The notes under the pieces: model-generated | What the model was told of the DNA's origin: nothing | The model's input: the letters and a program-made list of their open reading frames with translations, nothing else | Databases searched by the model: none | Shown here: one piece after another, positions 62,675 to 64,000 of the stretch | How positions within the stretch are numbered: the stretch's first letter is position 1 | How the letters are laid out: every line of letters begins with the position of its first letter | Translations under genes and position numbers: made by a program | Origin: a virus | DNA: 64,000 bases | Reading direction: 5' to 3' (one strand) | Virus record (IMG/VR): IMGVR_UViG_3300018424_007835 | Span: 1 to 64,000 of that record

Positions 62675-64000
62675 ATGCCGGGAATTAATGTCACCACTGC
62701 AGTACGCACTGGTCCTGTCGGCACTACGGACATCGTATCAGGTCAGGCGTTCATGATTGGTGCAACAGAGCGAGGGCCGGTGGATGAGCCGCTTTTGCTT
62801 AGGTCTTTTCAGGACTACACCACGTATTATGGTAACTATCAGGCTAATTCGCTGTATATGCATGCGAAGACTTTTTTTGATGAGGGTGGTTCTCGTTTGT
62901 ATGTGCGTAGGGCGCATGCGGGTACGGCGGCTTCAGCAACGGTTGGTTCGCTTGCTTTGAATGACAGCGCATCGTCTGCGACTATGATTGTGGAGGCTAA
63001 GACTCCGGGTCCGTGGTCGGCTAATTTGACTGTTCAGGTGCAGAACAATAGTGATGATAGCAATATTGCTGCTGGTTCGTTTAGGATTTTGATTCGTCTT
63101 GATGGTGAGCTTCTTTTGTCGACTCGGGATTTGGTTGATGTGAGTGATGCTATTAATGTGATTAATTCTTCGTCTGTTAATCATTTGATTGAGGCTTCTG
63201 ATGATGTTACTTCTTCTAACAACCCTGATTCGCTGGCGGCGACTGCGCTTTCTACAGGTGTAGCTCCTGCTCCTACTGATACTACGATTGCCGAGGATTT
63301 GGTGGGCACCTCTGCGGGGGCAGTTTCCCGGTATGGGGATGGGGCGTTTAGCCCAAATTTGAAGAGTGGTGCCGTTTTGGCTCCTGAGAATGGTGTGACT
63401 GCTGTTTGGGCTGCTCTGCGTGATCATGCTGTGGCGAATAATCGTATTGCGATTTGTGATTTCAGCTCGGGCGACTCAGCTGCTACTGCTCGTTCGGCTG
63501 CGGCAGCCTATTATAGTGATTCGAGTGCGCACTATATGGCGTTCTACTGGCCTTACGTAAAGGTTCCCGTTCCTAACTCTTCCGAGTTGGCTACTGGCAC
63601 TTCGGCCCTGATCGGTTCCACTTTGACTATCGCCCCGTCTTCATATGCGGCTGCTGCGAGGGCACGGGCGGTTCAGGAAGCCACTGGACCTTGGCGTGCG
63701 GGTGCCGGTCAGATTTCTTCGGCTAAGACGATCACTGCGTTGGCTCAGGATGTGACGGCGGCAACGGGTGATATTATGGACAACGCCAGGGTTAATGCTT
63801 TGCGTAAGGTTGGCACTTCTATTCGGGTGTATGGTGCCCGCTCTGTGTCAAATGATGAAACGAACTGGCGGTACATCACTCAGCGAGACACCCTTAACTA
63901 CATTACGGTTGGGGTTGCGGACCGAATGGAACAGTACCTGTTTGAAACGGTTGACGCACGAGGAAATCTTTTCGGACGAATTCGTGGTGCGATTAAGGCG
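62675..64000 (+). CDS. Contractile tail sheath protein, runs off the right edge
   Basis: Not in the ORF track. ATG 62675 with GGAGG: MPGINVTT...FMIGATERGP...FFDEGGSRLYV...PGPW...FYWPYV...GPWRAGAG...VNALR...VYGARS...WRYI. Confidence 0.92.
   Translation, partial: MPGINVTTAVRTGPVGTTDIVSGQAFMIGATERGPVDEPLLLRSFQDYTTYYGNYQANSLYMHAKTFFDEGGSRLYVRRAHAGTAASATVGSLALNDSASSATMIVEAKTPGPWSANLTVQVQNNSDDSNIAAGSFRILIRLDGELLLSTRDLVDVSDAINVINSSSVNHLIEASDDVTSSNNPDSLAATALSTGVAPAPTDTTIAEDLVGTSAGAVSRYGDGAFSPNLKSGAVLAPENGVTAVWAALRDHAVANNRIAICDFSSGDSAATARSAAAAYYSDSSAHYMAFYWPYVKVPVPNSSELATGTSALIGSTLTIAPSSYAAAARARAVQEATGPWRAGAGQISSAKTITALAQDVTAATGDIMDNARVNALRKVGTSIRVYGARSVSNDETNWRYITQRDTLNYITVGVADRMEQYLFETVDARGNLFGRIRGAIKA

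Noticed and set aside
1-64000. tRNA, rRNA, integrase or IS elements
   Set aside because: No cloverleaf, rRNA, recombinase or transposase signatures recognised by eye. tRNAscan-SE/ARAGORN would be needed to exclude tRNAs formally.

Overview
A 64-kb segment of a large tailed dsDNA phage with a contractile tail (sheath gene at the right edge) and an HK97-type head. The host is most likely an actinobacterium, probably Acidimicrobiia: the window has WhiB, an FmdB zinc ribbon, actinobacterial-type SSB, RecA and ferredoxin, an r1t-like holin and pervasive leaderless promoters. The left part (1-25 kb) holds replication, recombination and nucleotide metabolism genes (SNF2/HARP helicase, ThyX, primase-helicase, SSB, TK, RecA, Rad52-like SSAP, PD-(D/E)XK nuclease, MazG), an HDAC-family deacylase, a NodS/NodB/PhyH/GT2 cassette and a ParB/PAPS-reductase/ParB cluster. 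The right part (25-64 kb) holds terminase, portal, MuF, prohead protease, scaffold, capsid, class II RNR, neck genes and tail sheath, plus two giant multidomain proteins (about 2925 and 1975 aa) ending in kinase-like and ADP-ribosyltransferase-like domains. Most notable observations: a well-formed candidate -1 ribosomal frameshift fusing portal to MuF; a roughly 450-nt promoter-driven, long-range-paired ncRNA candidate; two small anti-SD-loop sRNA candidates; five inteins starting with A, R, L, P and C, the four complete ones all carrying the class-3 WCT signature; a 20-bp-periodic GTWAC array; and a possible protease-processed capsid cargo system. All family assignments come from motif recognition by eye, not database searches.
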